Part shown: positions 18,447 through 27,258 of the stretch, in pieces
Numbering within the stretch: the first letter of the stretch is position 1
How the letters are laid out: every line of letters begins with the position of its first letter
NCBI GenBank assembly: GCA_963816145.1
Contig: CAWFJP010000003.1
Coordinates: forward strand, 192,001 to 256,000
From: an uncultured delta proteobacterium
Lineage (GTDB): Bacteria > Desulfobacterota > Binatia > UBA9968
Direction of reading: 5' to 3'
DNA: 64,000 bases
Translations under genes and position numbers: made by a program
Notes under the pieces: model-generated
Seen by the model: only the letters and a program-made list of their open reading frames with translations
What the model was told of the DNA's origin: nothing
The model's database searches: none

Positions 18447-20360
18447 TCAGTTGTTCGCCGCCGCCGTCAACAGCTCCAACTCCTGCCAGCGTGTGTAACA
18501 GGTGTCGAGTTCGGTTTTCACCGCCTCCAACCGCTCCATCGTCACGCTGATCTTTTCGCTGCCCTGACGGTAAAAGCCCGGTTCGCCCATGCGGCGGTTG
18601 ATCTCCGCCTGTTCAGCTTCCAAAGTTTCGATTTGTTCCGGCAACGCCGTTAGTTCACGTTGTTCCTTGTAAGTGAGTTTGCGCGGCTTGTCCCTGCGTT
18701 TGCTGTCGACCGGCGTGGGCATGGCTGCGCCATTGGCGCGCTTCTTGGTTTCGCCGGGGACGTCGGGAATTTGCCGCTGATAGCGAGCCCAGTCTTCGTA
18801 GCCGCCGGCATATTCGGTGAACCTGCCATCGCCTTCGAAGACCAGCGTGCTGGTGACAACGTTATCGAGAAAGGTGCGATCGTGGCTGACAAGCAAAAGC
18901 GTTCCTTCGTATTCGGACAACAGCTCTTCAAGAAGTTCCAAGGTGTCGACGTCGAGATCGTTGGTTGGCTCATCGAGCACCATCAAGTTGGCCGACTGAG
19001 TGAACAGCTTGGCCAACAGCAGCCGATTGCGTTCGCCTCCGGATAGCGCACTGACCGGCGAATCGATGCGCTGAGGCGGGAATAGAAAATCCTTCAAGTA
19101 ACCGATCACATGGCGCGAGCGGCCCCGGACGGTGACATAATCCGAGTCGCTCAAGTTCTCGCGCACGGTCTTGTCCGGGTCGAGAGTACGGCGGTGCTGA
19201 TCGAAATAAGCGACCTGCAGCCGGGTGCCCAACAACACTTCGCCGCTGGTCGGCTCGAGTTCGCCCAAGATCAGTTTCAGCAGAGTGCTCTTGCCGGATC
19301 CGTTGGGACCGATGATGCCGACCCGGTCGCCGCGCAGAATGCGCGTTGACAGTTCGCGAATGATTGGCTGGTCGCCGTAACGAAAACTCACGCGGCGCAC
19401 ATCGACCACCAGCTTGCCGGAAGTGGAGCCAGCGTCGAGAGTGAAACGGGCCTTGCCCTGAGCATCCAAGCGGTCGGCCTTTTCTTTACGTAGGGCTTGC
19501 AGCGCGCGCACCCGCCCTTCATTGCGGGTGCGCCGCGCCCTCACGCCTTTGCGGATCCAGACCTCTTCCTCGGCGAGCTTCTTGTCGAACTTGGCGGCGG
19601 CGCGCTCCTCTATTTCCAAGAGCTCGTCTTTTTTTTGCAAGTAGCGATCGAAGTCGCCGGGAAACGATAGGAGTTTGCCGCGGTCGAGTTCAACGATGCG
19701 AGTCGCCAGACGGCGGACAAAAGTTCGATCATGGGTGATAAACATGACCGCGCCTTGGTAATTGAGCAGGTATTTTTCCAGCCAGTTGATGGCATTGATA
19801 TCGAGATGGTTGGTCGGCTCATCGAGCAGCAACAAGTCGGGCTCGCTGGCGAGCGCGCGCGCCAACATCACCTGGCGGCGTATACCGCCGGAGCACTCGG
19901 CGAGGCGCTTATCCTCCGGAAGGTTCAAACGCGTGAGCACGGTTTCGACTCGTTGATTGATGTTCCAACCGCCCAGGCTCTCGATCCTGGCCTGCAGCCG
20001 CGCCAGCAAAAGCAACGATTCGCGATTGCCCACTCCGTCACCATGGGTGAGGTTGTGATACTCGGCCAGCAGTTGGCCAAGCTCGCCGGTGCCGCTGGCG
20101 ACGACTTCAAAAACCGTCTGGTCGGTGTCGGGCGGTACCTCCTGTTCTAAGTGGGCAACGCGCAATGAGTCGGCGCGCCAGATCTCGCCATCGTCGGCAA
20201 GCGTGTCTCCGGAGATTATCCGAAACAGCGTCGTCTTACCGGTGCCATTGCGCCCGACCAGACAGACCCGTTCACCGGCATCGATTTGAAAACCGACCTG
20301 GGACAAGAGCGGAATATGGCCGTAGGCGTGGGAAATATTATCGAGACGAAGTAACGGCAT
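18447..20360 (-). CDS. uup: ABC-F ATPase Uup
   Basis: Two ABC cassettes (GRNGTGKT, GPNGSGKS, LDEPTN twice), RARRTRNEGRVRAL linker, KLTYKEQREL C-terminal domain. Confidence 0.94.
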   Translation of the reverse strand: MPLLRLDNISHAYGHIPLLSQVGFQIDAGERVCLVGRNGTGKTTLFRIISGDTLADDGEIWRADSLRVAHLEQEVPPDTDQTVFEVVASGTGELGQLLAEYHNLTHGDGVGNRESLLLLARLQARIESLGGWNINQRVETVLTRLNLPEDKRLAECSGGIRRQVMLARALASEPDLLLLDEPTNHLDINAINWLEKYLLNYQGAVMFITHDRTFVRRLATRIVELDRGKLLSFPGDFDRYLQKKDELLEIEERAAAKFDKKLAEEEVWIRKGVRARRTRNEGRVRALQALRKEKADRLDAQGKARFTLDAGSTSGKLVVDVRRVSFRYGDQPIIRELSTRILRGDRVGIIGPNGSGKSTLLKLILGELEPTSGEVLLGTRLQVAYFDQHRRTLDPDKTVRENLSDSDYVTVRGRSRHVIGYLKDFLFPPQRIDSPVSALSGGERNRLLLAKLFTQSANLMVLDEPTNDLDVDTLELLEELLSEYEGTLLLVSHDRTFLDNVVTSTLVFEGDGRFTEYAGGYEDWARYQRQIPDVPGETKKRANGAAMPTPVDSKRRDKPRKLTYKEQRELTALPEQIETLEAEQAEINRRMGEPGFYRQGSEKISVTMERLEAVKTELDTCYTRWQELELLTAAANN

Positions 20361-20431
20361 CGGAGCGTATATCTAGTTCCATTCGAATTAATGCAAGTTG
20401 TTACGAAATACCGACGCTCGCAGCGATCGCC

Positions 20432-20725
20432 TCAGCGCATCAACGCCGCAGCCAAAGCAATGGCCGCCAAAGTCGCGGTAGCGATCAGGGCGATCAGCAC
20501 AAACTGCACGGTCTTGCGCAATTTGGCCAGTTGCACTCGCAGCACGGTGAATTGCACATCCACCGTCTCGTTGAGTTCGGCCTGAAGTTCGAAGCTTTTC
20601 TCCAGGGCAACCAGGCGATCCCCACAGTGGTCGGGGCGCAGGTCGGCGAGCCGCTTTCGCAGCGATCCCGCCGCGGTGGCGCCGCCTGACACCAGCGGCC
20701 GTAATTTGGCGAATAGCTGCTTCAT
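20432..20725 (-). CDS. Hypothetical coiled-coil protein with C-terminal membrane anchor
   Basis: 97 aa; heptad-like middle; hydrophobic C-terminus. Confidence 0.6.
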   Translation of the reverse strand: MKQLFAKLRPLVSGGATAAGSLRKRLADLRPDHCGDRLVALEKSFELQAELNETVDVQFTVLRVQLAKLRKTVQFVLIALIATATLAAIALAAALMR

Positions 20726-20893
20726 CGCTCGAGTTCGCTCAACTCGTTCATGTCAAGATATTACCCTAATCCTGATGCGGGATAAACTCGGCACGAAGGT
20801 ATGCCGTTGGTGCATAGTTTCGTTGAATAGGCTGCTAGCGAAGAATTCTTCGGGGTGGCTATCGCAGCGCATTCCCCATAATCCGGTCACCTC

Positions 20894-21427
20894 TTATGGA
20901 TCATGGTAGTTCATCGTGTTGTGTTGAATGGTGTTCATGAAATAGAGCGCCAACGGCCGGCCCTGCGCGTCCGCCGCCGCGAGCAAGCGCGGCGAGGTCT
21001 CGTAACGTCGAAAGAAATTATCGTAGCCGAGCTGTTCATAAGCGTTCTGTTCCGGCAGACTGCGAGCGTAAATGATGCCCGAGCGAGTCGCGCGAAGTTC
21101 TTGCGGCACGGCTTGGGCCAGCGGCAAGCCCTGCCCGGAATTGTTGCCGATGATGACGTAGTCGACCGCCTTGGCTAACTCGGCTAGCGTTCTGATAATG
21201 CCAGGCAGCGATACTTCATCCCAGTTTTTCATCTCGGCTTTGCCCAGCGCTGCGTTCAACACTTTGGGATACCCTTCGGCGATCTGAAACATGCCGTTTT
21301 GCTGTACGATGCGCGCCCAGGGCAGCGGCGGCTCGGTGACGAATTCGCCGACAGTGACTTCGTTATCGAGAATCAGCGCGACGAACTGCTGGTTTCGCGC
21401 CTGATGAAGCAGTGTAGTTAAATCCAT
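20894..21427 (-). CDS. Hypothetical protein
   Basis: 177 aa ORF with ATG, globular composition, IIGNNSGQG loop. Confidence 0.7.
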   Translation of the reverse strand: MDLTTLLHQARNQQFVALILDNEVTVGEFVTEPPLPWARIVQQNGMFQIAEGYPKVLNAALGKAEMKNWDEVSLPGIIRTLAELAKAVDYVIIGNNSGQGLPLAQAVPQELRATRSGIIYARSLPEQNAYEQLGYDNFFRRYETSPRLLAAADAQGRPLALYFMNTIQHNTMNYHDP

Positions 21428-21446
21428 TAAATATAACCCTTTCGAA

Positions 21447-21643
21447 CTCCTAAAATTACATGTGCAAGTATGAGCGGGCGGCGAATTGGCACGAGGTTTC
21501 CGTCATACCGGCGAAAGCCGGTATCCATCCCCTCCCGCCCCTGGATGCCGGCCTTCGCCGGCATGACGAATCAAGGAAAACACCATGGGCTGTTGGGATG
21601 GTTGCAATTTCATACTCTGTAGACGAGCGTAAGCTCATGAACA
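21447..21643 (-). mobile_element. Site-specific element, copy C (197 bp)
   Basis: Reverse complement: GTTCGAAG GCCACGAAG|TGTTCATGAGCTTACGCTC...CATGTAATTTTAGGAG|TTCGAAAG; host repeat degenerate. Confidence 0.78.
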
Positions 21644-21728
21644 CTTCGTGGCCTTCGAACTACTATGACTGAGAATTTGCGCGGCCTGCGCAAATATTAT
21701 CGCCGTGCAATCGCCAACCCACCGCGCC

Positions 21729-21752
21729 AGGGCGTATGCCATACGCCCCTAC
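21729..21752 (-). repeat. GTAG-type REP-like hairpin
   Basis: Reverse complement GTAGGGGCGTATGGCATACGCCCT. Confidence 0.6.
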
Positions 21753-21896
21753 ATTCGGAATACCTCCGAGAGTTTGTTTTGCGTTCTTTGCACCATTTGC
21801 GGTTAAATCATCCGAGTCCGAATCTTCTGCGGTTGCGGCGCCGCCGCGCTGTGTTCTGCATGGTGAAGATCTGATTCCCCGGATCTCGAACCATCA

Positions 21897-22955
21897 TTAT
21901 TCGTATAAACTTTTGATGAAGCCGCTGTCTTCCATGGATTTGAGTATGCCCGGATCGCTGAACGATGCCGGATCGGCGCCCTTGGCTTTGGGGAATTCTT
22001 TGGCGATGGAGTCGAGCACGGTGCGAATCCCGCTCATGGACGGATACGGCACGCGATCGAAGTAAGTGTTGGCGTACTGATCGTAGGTGCGCTCGGCGTA
22101 TTTCTCTTTGTCCGCCTCCATGCGCATTTTCTTCAAAATAATCCGAATGCTTTCCTTCTTGTTGCGTTTGAAATAGGCGATGCCCTCGACATAAGCGCGC
22201 ATGACTCGGGTCGCCTGATCGCGATTGCCGCGCAGATAGCCGCGCGTCGACACCAGCATGCTTTGCAGATAGTGAATGTTCATCTTGGCGAGGTCCGCCA
22301 GAACTCGAAAACCATTGTCCTCGGCGATGAAATAGGACGGATCCGTAAGAACCGCGCCGTCGACGATTTTCTTTTGCAGGCTCACCAGCATGGTCGGTGA
22401 GGAACCGATCTGCAAGACGTTCAGCTCCTCCTGGCGCAGGTTCCAATGATTGAGCAAGAGAGTCAGAACCGTATGGGATGCGGTGCCGAAGGCGGTAATG
22501 GCGATGCGCTTGCCCTTCAAGGCCTCCGGCGTATCGATATCCGGCCGCACCAGCAGCCGATGAACGCCTTTGTTGTTGAGCGCAGCGATCATCATCACAT
22601 CGCTGCCCTTGAGCATGGAGCTGATCACCGGACCGCCGCTAGCGCTGGCGAATTGAATATCGCCTGCCAGCAAAGCGTTAATGCCGCGCGCCGCCCCGCC
22701 GCCGATGAAGATCGCCTCGACGTCAAGGCCATGCTTCTTGAAAAACCCGTGCTCCTCGGCCACCCATATCGCGCTATTGCTCGGGCTAAAGGCGCCCATG
22801 CCAATGCGAATTTTGTCCAACGCTTGGACCGATTCAGGCGGACAGAGGCTGAAGATGTTCACCACGAAGGACACGAAGATCACGAAGGTCGGAAAATTAC
22901 TTGATTGAAACCTTCGTGTCCTTCGTGCTCTTCGTGGTGATAATGAATTTGTCAT
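21897..22955 (-). CDS. NitT/TauT-family substrate-binding protein; N-terminus encoded by a palindromic repeat
   Basis: IWVAEEHGFFKKHGLDVE, LKGKRIA; ATG 10 nt after upstream stop; VQA-LD cleavage site. Confidence 0.88.
   Translation of the reverse strand: MTNSLSPRRARRTRRFQSSNFPTFVIFVSFVVNIFSLCPPESVQALDKIRIGMGAFSPSNSAIWVAEEHGFFKKHGLDVEAIFIGGGAARGINALLAGDIQFASASGGPVISSMLKGSDVMMIAALNNKGVHRLLVRPDIDTPEALKGKRIAITAFGTASHTVLTLLLNHWNLRQEELNVLQIGSSPTMLVSLQKKIVDGAVLTDPSYFIAEDNGFRVLADLAKMNIHYLQSMLVSTRGYLRGNRDQATRVMRAYVEGIAYFKRNKKESIRIILKKMRMEADKEKYAERTYDQYANTYFDRVPYPSMSGIRTVLDSIAKEFPKAKGADPASFSDPGILKSMEDSGFIKSLYE
22859..22940. repeat. 9-bp-periodic palindrome (CACGAAG type) inside CDS
   Basis: TCACCACGAAG GACACGAAG ATCACGAAG ... 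CTTCGTGTC CTTCGTGCT CTTCGTGGTGA. Confidence 0.85.
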
Positions 22956-22964
22956 CGTAGTTGC

Positions 22965-23675
22965 TCAACTCGGCCAGTCCGCTAGCAGTTTGCCATACCC
23001 TGGGAGCGGCGCGGGTTGCCCCAATTGTGAAAGAATTTCCCAAAGCATCGCCGGATTGCTGGCGACGGTGGTGATCTTTAAATCGTTTTCGATCTGTTGC
23101 AGCACCGGCAAGGGATCGAGCACGGCGCCTTGAAAATAGATCGCGTCGACCGAACCCACTTCGGCCAACGACTGTTTAGTCAGATCGTAGACAGCCGCCG
23201 GCCCCAAGCGGCCAGCTTCAGCGATATTGGCGAAGGACTTGGGCGCCCGCACCGAGAATCCGGCCTCGGTCAGATACTCTTCGATCATGCCGTTCAACCG
23301 GTTTTCGAAGGGCGTCAGCAGCAGCAATCGCTGGGCGCCGTAGCGGCGCAACGCATGCACCGATGCTGTAAGCGCGGTGGTCACGGGGATTTGCAGCGCT
23401 GCTTTGAGTTCGCCGAACAGTCCGGGATTCATCACCTCGGTGGGCGCGCCGATGAGAATGGCGGCGTGCCATTTCTTTTCAGCGGCAAGTTCAACGATGC
23501 GGCGCACGACTTCCTGCTTCTTGCCGATGATTTCGTAAAGTGATTGGCCGAACAGTCCCAACCCTTGAAAGTCGAACTTCGCAAAGTCCGGCACCAGTTT
23601 CATAAAGCCATCATAATGCGGCCAGGTCGCCGGCCCAGGACTGACGAAACCGATATTGAGAGTGGCGGAGGTCAT
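22965..23675 (-). CDS. Asp/Glu racemase-fold (AMDase / maleate isomerase-like) protein
   Basis: LLLTPF, DAIYFQGA, VASNPAMLW, GYGKLL; no cysteines. Confidence 0.85.
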   Translation of the reverse strand: MTSATLNIGFVSPGPATWPHYDGFMKLVPDFAKFDFQGLGLFGQSLYEIIGKKQEVVRRIVELAAEKKWHAAILIGAPTEVMNPGLFGELKAALQIPVTTALTASVHALRRYGAQRLLLLTPFENRLNGMIEEYLTEAGFSVRAPKSFANIAEAGRLGPAAVYDLTKQSLAEVGSVDAIYFQGAVLDPLPVLQQIENDLKITTVASNPAMLWEILSQLGQPAPLPGYGKLLADWPS

Positions 23676-23758
23676 CGACCAATTCCTCGCATGACTAGAT
23701 CAATAGCATAGCAGATTAAGAAAACCACGTTAGGCGTTAAGTTGTATTGGAGTGCAAG

Positions 23759-23873
23759 CCCGCGCTAAAAAGGCAGTAATGTCCCACCCGACAAGTTTGC
23801 TGCATGGTGCACCAGTGAATGCGGGCAACCCGGGCGACGCTACCAATCTTGTGACCCATCTTTTTAGCGGGAG
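23759..23873. mobile_element. Possible 115-bp MITE
   Basis: 14-bp imperfect TIR CCCGCGCTAAAAAG / CTTTTTAGCGGGAG, flanked by AAG on both sides; single copy. Confidence 0.35.
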
Positions 23874-23905
23874 AAGGGAGTTGCGGGCAGATGGATATTT
23901 GTGAT

Positions 23906-24050
23906 CTCCCCTTTTGGAAAAGGGGGTTCAAGGGAGATTTGATTGATTGGCGTGTCGGTATGCTTCGTAGCCATCGGACTCTGCTCTGAACCGATAGAGC
24001 TGCAAGATCGAAAAAACATCTCCCCTGTCCCCCTCTTTTTCAAAGCGGGG
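23906..24050. repeat. CCCCTTT...AAAGGGG-type inverted REP-like doublet
   Basis: CTCCCCTTTTGGAAAAGGGGGTTCAAGGGAGAT ... ATCTCCCCTGTCCCCCTCTTTTTCAAAGCGGGG. Confidence 0.65.
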
Positions 24051-24143
24051 TATCAATCAACGAAAGCTAGGGTCGGTCCTGATTTCCAAATAACTGGCGA
24101 GGCGGGACGATCGACTGAGAACTGAGAACCAGAAAGAAGTTGA

Positions 24144-25481
24144 ATGTCAAACCAAACCGATATCCCTCTAGAAGATCGCTTGGTCGAGCTCATGCGTCAT
24201 CTTGGCATCGAGCGCAGCCATTTCGCCGCTTGCATGCCGCGCGATTGGGAAGGCTTGGCGCAGCATCGTCGCGAGCAAATTGCCTCGTTAACTCTGATCT
24301 GTCCCATGGGAATCAATCACAAGGCGCTGGGCGACAAGCTGATACCGATTCTGATCGTCGCCGGCGACCGCGGTCGAGCCGCGTTGGCCGCCCATGAGGA
24401 CGCTGGGAAAATTGCCGGAGCTACCGATCTCACGCTGGCGAATTACTTCAGCCCCTCCTGGGCCGACGCCATCGCCGACCGCCCGATTGAGATCGGCAAC
24501 GCTATGAAGAAATTCATTGGGCGGAATGCGGGTCTCGTCGCGCCGACCGAGTTCTCCGCCAATAGAGCCGAAGGCGAAATTGCCGAAATTAGTTACACGA
24601 TCCTCGGCAAGGGCGAGCCGTTGATACTCATGCCTCTCGCTTTGGCGCCATCCCAGTGGCAGCCGTTAATTGACGAATTGAGCCAACACTTCTGTACCAT
24701 CACGCTAGGCGGCAAGCATTTGGGAATGGTCGCTCATCTCGAAATCCGCGCCCAGTCGAGTTACATGCGCGTCATCGATCAGCTGCTCGGCGAGTTGAAC
24801 CTTGCGCCGGGGCAATCGTTGTTGGAGGTTGGCTGCGGCCCGGGGGCAATCGTGCGCCGTATCGCTGCCTCTAGCCGAGGCGCGAATCCGATCGTCGCCG
24901 CTGACGTGAACCGCTACTTGATGCGCGAAGCCGCAGCGCTCGCAAAACGCGAGGGGCTTGACCGCTTTATCGAATTCCGCGAAGGTGACGCCGAGAAATT
25001 GCCCTTCGCCGCTAACCGATTCGATCGCACGATCTCCTGCACCGTAATGGAGGAAGGCGACGCCGACCGCATGCTAAGCGAATTTGTCCGGGTCACCAAA
25101 CCTGGCGGCAAAGTCGGCGCGGTAGTTCGCTCCACCGACTTGCCCCGTTGGGTCAATCTCCCGTTAAGCGCGCAATTGAAAGTCAAAGTTGATTCCGCCG
25201 GATTCTTCGTTGGCAACGTCACCGAAAAGGGCTGCGCCGACGCGAGCCTGTACCGGCGCATGATCGCCGCCGGTTTGAAAGATGTCGCGATGCTGCCGCA
25301 ATGGGCGAGCCACAAAGATGGCGAAAGATTAGATTACCTGCATGACCGCATCGTCAGCTTGCTTAACCCGAACGAAATCAGCGAATGGCGCGGCGCCGTC
25401 GAACGCGCCCAGGCTGACGGGACTTTTTTTATCTCAGAACCATTTCACTGCGCGGTGGGGGTGAAGCCAGGTAAGGGGTAA
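24144..25481 (+). CDS. Degenerate alpha/beta-hydrolase-like N-terminus fused to class I SAM methyltransferase
   Basis: LGIERSHF, ILIVAGD, YTILGKGEPLIL..QWQPLIDELSQHF; then LLEVGCGPG, GDAEKLPF, RVTKPGG. Confidence 0.8.
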   Translation: MSNQTDIPLEDRLVELMRHLGIERSHFAACMPRDWEGLAQHRREQIASLTLICPMGINHKALGDKLIPILIVAGDRGRAALAAHEDAGKIAGATDLTLANYFSPSWADAIADRPIEIGNAMKKFIGRNAGLVAPTEFSANRAEGEIAEISYTILGKGEPLILMPLALAPSQWQPLIDELSQHFCTITLGGKHLGMVAHLEIRAQSSYMRVIDQLLGELNLAPGQSLLEVGCGPGAIVRRIAASSRGANPIVAADVNRYLMREAAALAKREGLDRFIEFREGDAEKLPFAANRFDRTISCTVMEEGDADRMLSEFVRVTKPGGKVGAVVRSTDLPRWVNLPLSAQLKVKVDSAGFFVGNVTEKGCADASLYRRMIAAGLKDVAMLPQWASHKDGERLDYLHDRIVSLLNPNEISEWRGAVERAQADGTFFISEPFHCAVGVKPGKG

Positions 25482-25535
25482 AGGGTTAAGCGTAAGGCGT
25501 CAGATCCGAAACCCTCACCCTTCACCTTTTTACCT
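25469..25535. repeat. 7-bp-periodic imperfect palindrome, copy 3 (contains methyltransferase stop codon)
   Basis: GGTAAGGGGTAAAGGGTTAAGCGTAAGGCGTCAGATCCGAAACCCTCACCCTTCACCTTTTTACC. Confidence 0.8.
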
Positions 25536-25544
25536 CTAATCGTT

Positions 25545-26534
25545 TTAAGAACGTAGCGCCGGGAGCACTTCTTCGCCCAACAAATCGATCTGCTCGTACC
25601 AGTCGGTGAAGCGCAGGCGCAAATCGTAGACGATGTGATTGGCGCCGGCCGCTTCATAGGCTTGGCTTTCGCGAACGATGTCGGCGGGCGAGCCGGCGAT
25701 CAGCACGCCGCCCAAGTCTTCGAGGGTTTCAAATTTTCCAGACGGCGGTTTGACCCAGGTCGACGAATTGTGAGCTTCGTCCAAAAGACCTTTGAGATCG
25801 ATGCCGCGCAGCGCACTAGCGATATCATTGCCGATCGTGGTGAACGGCATGACTGCAGTCTCGACCATCGGACGACCGGCTTGGCCACACAGGCCGCGCA
25901 GATACTCCACCCTCTTGTGAAAAGTCGGGTAGTTGATGCGTGCGGGCATCCAGCCATCACCGAGTGTTACGGCGCGGCGGCACGCCGCCGGCGAACTGCC
26001 GCCGATCCAGATGGGAATCGGTTTCTTGGGCAGCGGCTTCAGCGCTACGTCTCGGAATTCGAAATAGGCGCTCCGATGCGACAATGTTTCACCGCGCCAC
26101 AGAGCGCGGCAGATTTCGATATTGATGCGGGCCAGCTCGGCGCGCTCGGCTAGTGACGTTGGCCGCCCGACGGCGGCGAACTCATGCGGGAATCCGCCTA
26201 AACCTAGACCCAAAATAAGCCGTCCGTTCGAGATCTCGCTCAACCCGGCGCAGGATTGCGCCAGATGAATCGGATGACGATGGCAGATCGCCATTGCGGT
26301 GCCGAATTGCAGCTTCGTCGTCACCGATGCCAACGCTGACAGGGTTAACAAGCCTTCCAGATGGCGCGCGTCTCCCCCTTCACCGGCATGCGGTTTGAAA
26401 ACCAGGTGATCACGCACCCATACCGAATCGAAACCATAAGCTTCAGCGCGCCGCGCTCCTTCACGGCAGTCAGTAACCGACAGATGAGCACCGAAATGGG
26501 GCAGCAGGAGACCGAATTTGAGCTTTGCCGTCAT
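25545..26534 (-). CDS. LLM-class (luciferase-like, possibly F420-dependent) oxidoreductase
   Basis: AEAYGFDSVWVRDH, SNGRLILGLG, PIPIWIGG, GDGWMP. Confidence 0.9.
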   Translation of the reverse strand: MTAKLKFGLLLPHFGAHLSVTDCREGARRAEAYGFDSVWVRDHLVFKPHAGEGGDARHLEGLLTLSALASVTTKLQFGTAMAICHRHPIHLAQSCAGLSEISNGRLILGLGLGGFPHEFAAVGRPTSLAERAELARINIEICRALWRGETLSHRSAYFEFRDVALKPLPKKPIPIWIGGSSPAACRRAVTLGDGWMPARINYPTFHKRVEYLRGLCGQAGRPMVETAVMPFTTIGNDIASALRGIDLKGLLDEAHNSSTWVKPPSGKFETLEDLGGVLIAGSPADIVRESQAYEAAGANHIVYDLRLRFTDWYEQIDLLGEEVLPALRS

Positions 26535-26600
26535 GATGTCGTGCAGTGCAGATAGATCGATGGAATCGTTCTGATCGGAGTCGATAATAGAAATTGATCG

Positions 26601-27119
26601 TTAAAAATCGATGCTGTACTCCTGGCCCAACTGGCTTTTACAGCGGCCGAAGCCGCTGCCGGTGTAGGACGAGCCGATAAAAAAGCAGCCGAGCACGGTG
26701 CGTCGGTCGCCTTGTAGCGAAGCGACCCAGTAAAACAGCGGGCCGGTGATCGACTTCGTCGCCCTTCCCTCCGCTGCGCCGACCGGATCGGCATAAGCGG
26801 TTTCGTGAAAACCCGATGTCGGCCCCAGAACCCCGCTTAGGGATCCGGCGTGGCGCGATAAGTCTGGGCCGTCAAGTTCTATGGTGCCGCGACCGAAGAT
26901 TTTTTCATAGCTCTCAACAAATGCCGTACGGCCGACGCGGGAGAAGCGGCCCACCAACACTTCGTTTTCCGGCCCGTAGATTTGCATGAGACCACTGTCT
27001 TCGCGGCCGAAGCGATAGCGCCCGTCGTAGCTCACCCCTTCCGGCGATACCATGGTCATCGGATGGGCGCAGGCGCTGAACATCAAGAGCGCAAGGGCGA
27101 GATCACGCAACGACATCAT
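26601..27119 (-). CDS. Hypothetical lipoprotein
   Basis: MMSLRDLALALLMFSAC lipobox; C-terminal GSGFGRC motif. Confidence 0.7.
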   Translation of the reverse strand: MMSLRDLALALLMFSACAHPMTMVSPEGVSYDGRYRFGREDSGLMQIYGPENEVLVGRFSRVGRTAFVESYEKIFGRGTIELDGPDLSRHAGSLSGVLGPTSGFHETAYADPVGAAEGRATKSITGPLFYWVASLQGDRRTVLGCFFIGSSYTGSGFGRCKSQLGQEYSIDF

Positions 27120-27258
27120 ACGATAAATCTTAACATGCTTTTTGCGCGGCGAGAAATCCGTTTGCGAAAATCCGCTGGCAACGACTATCTGCGCTTCGCC
27201 CAATTGTGCTAAAGATCAACTTGAAGGCACAATTCAGCAATCGGGAGTCAAACTTCAC

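Noticed and set aside
23770-23860. Twister-ribozyme-like GGTCACAAG on the minus strand
   Set aside because: The remaining conserved elements and pseudoknot partners could not be placed.
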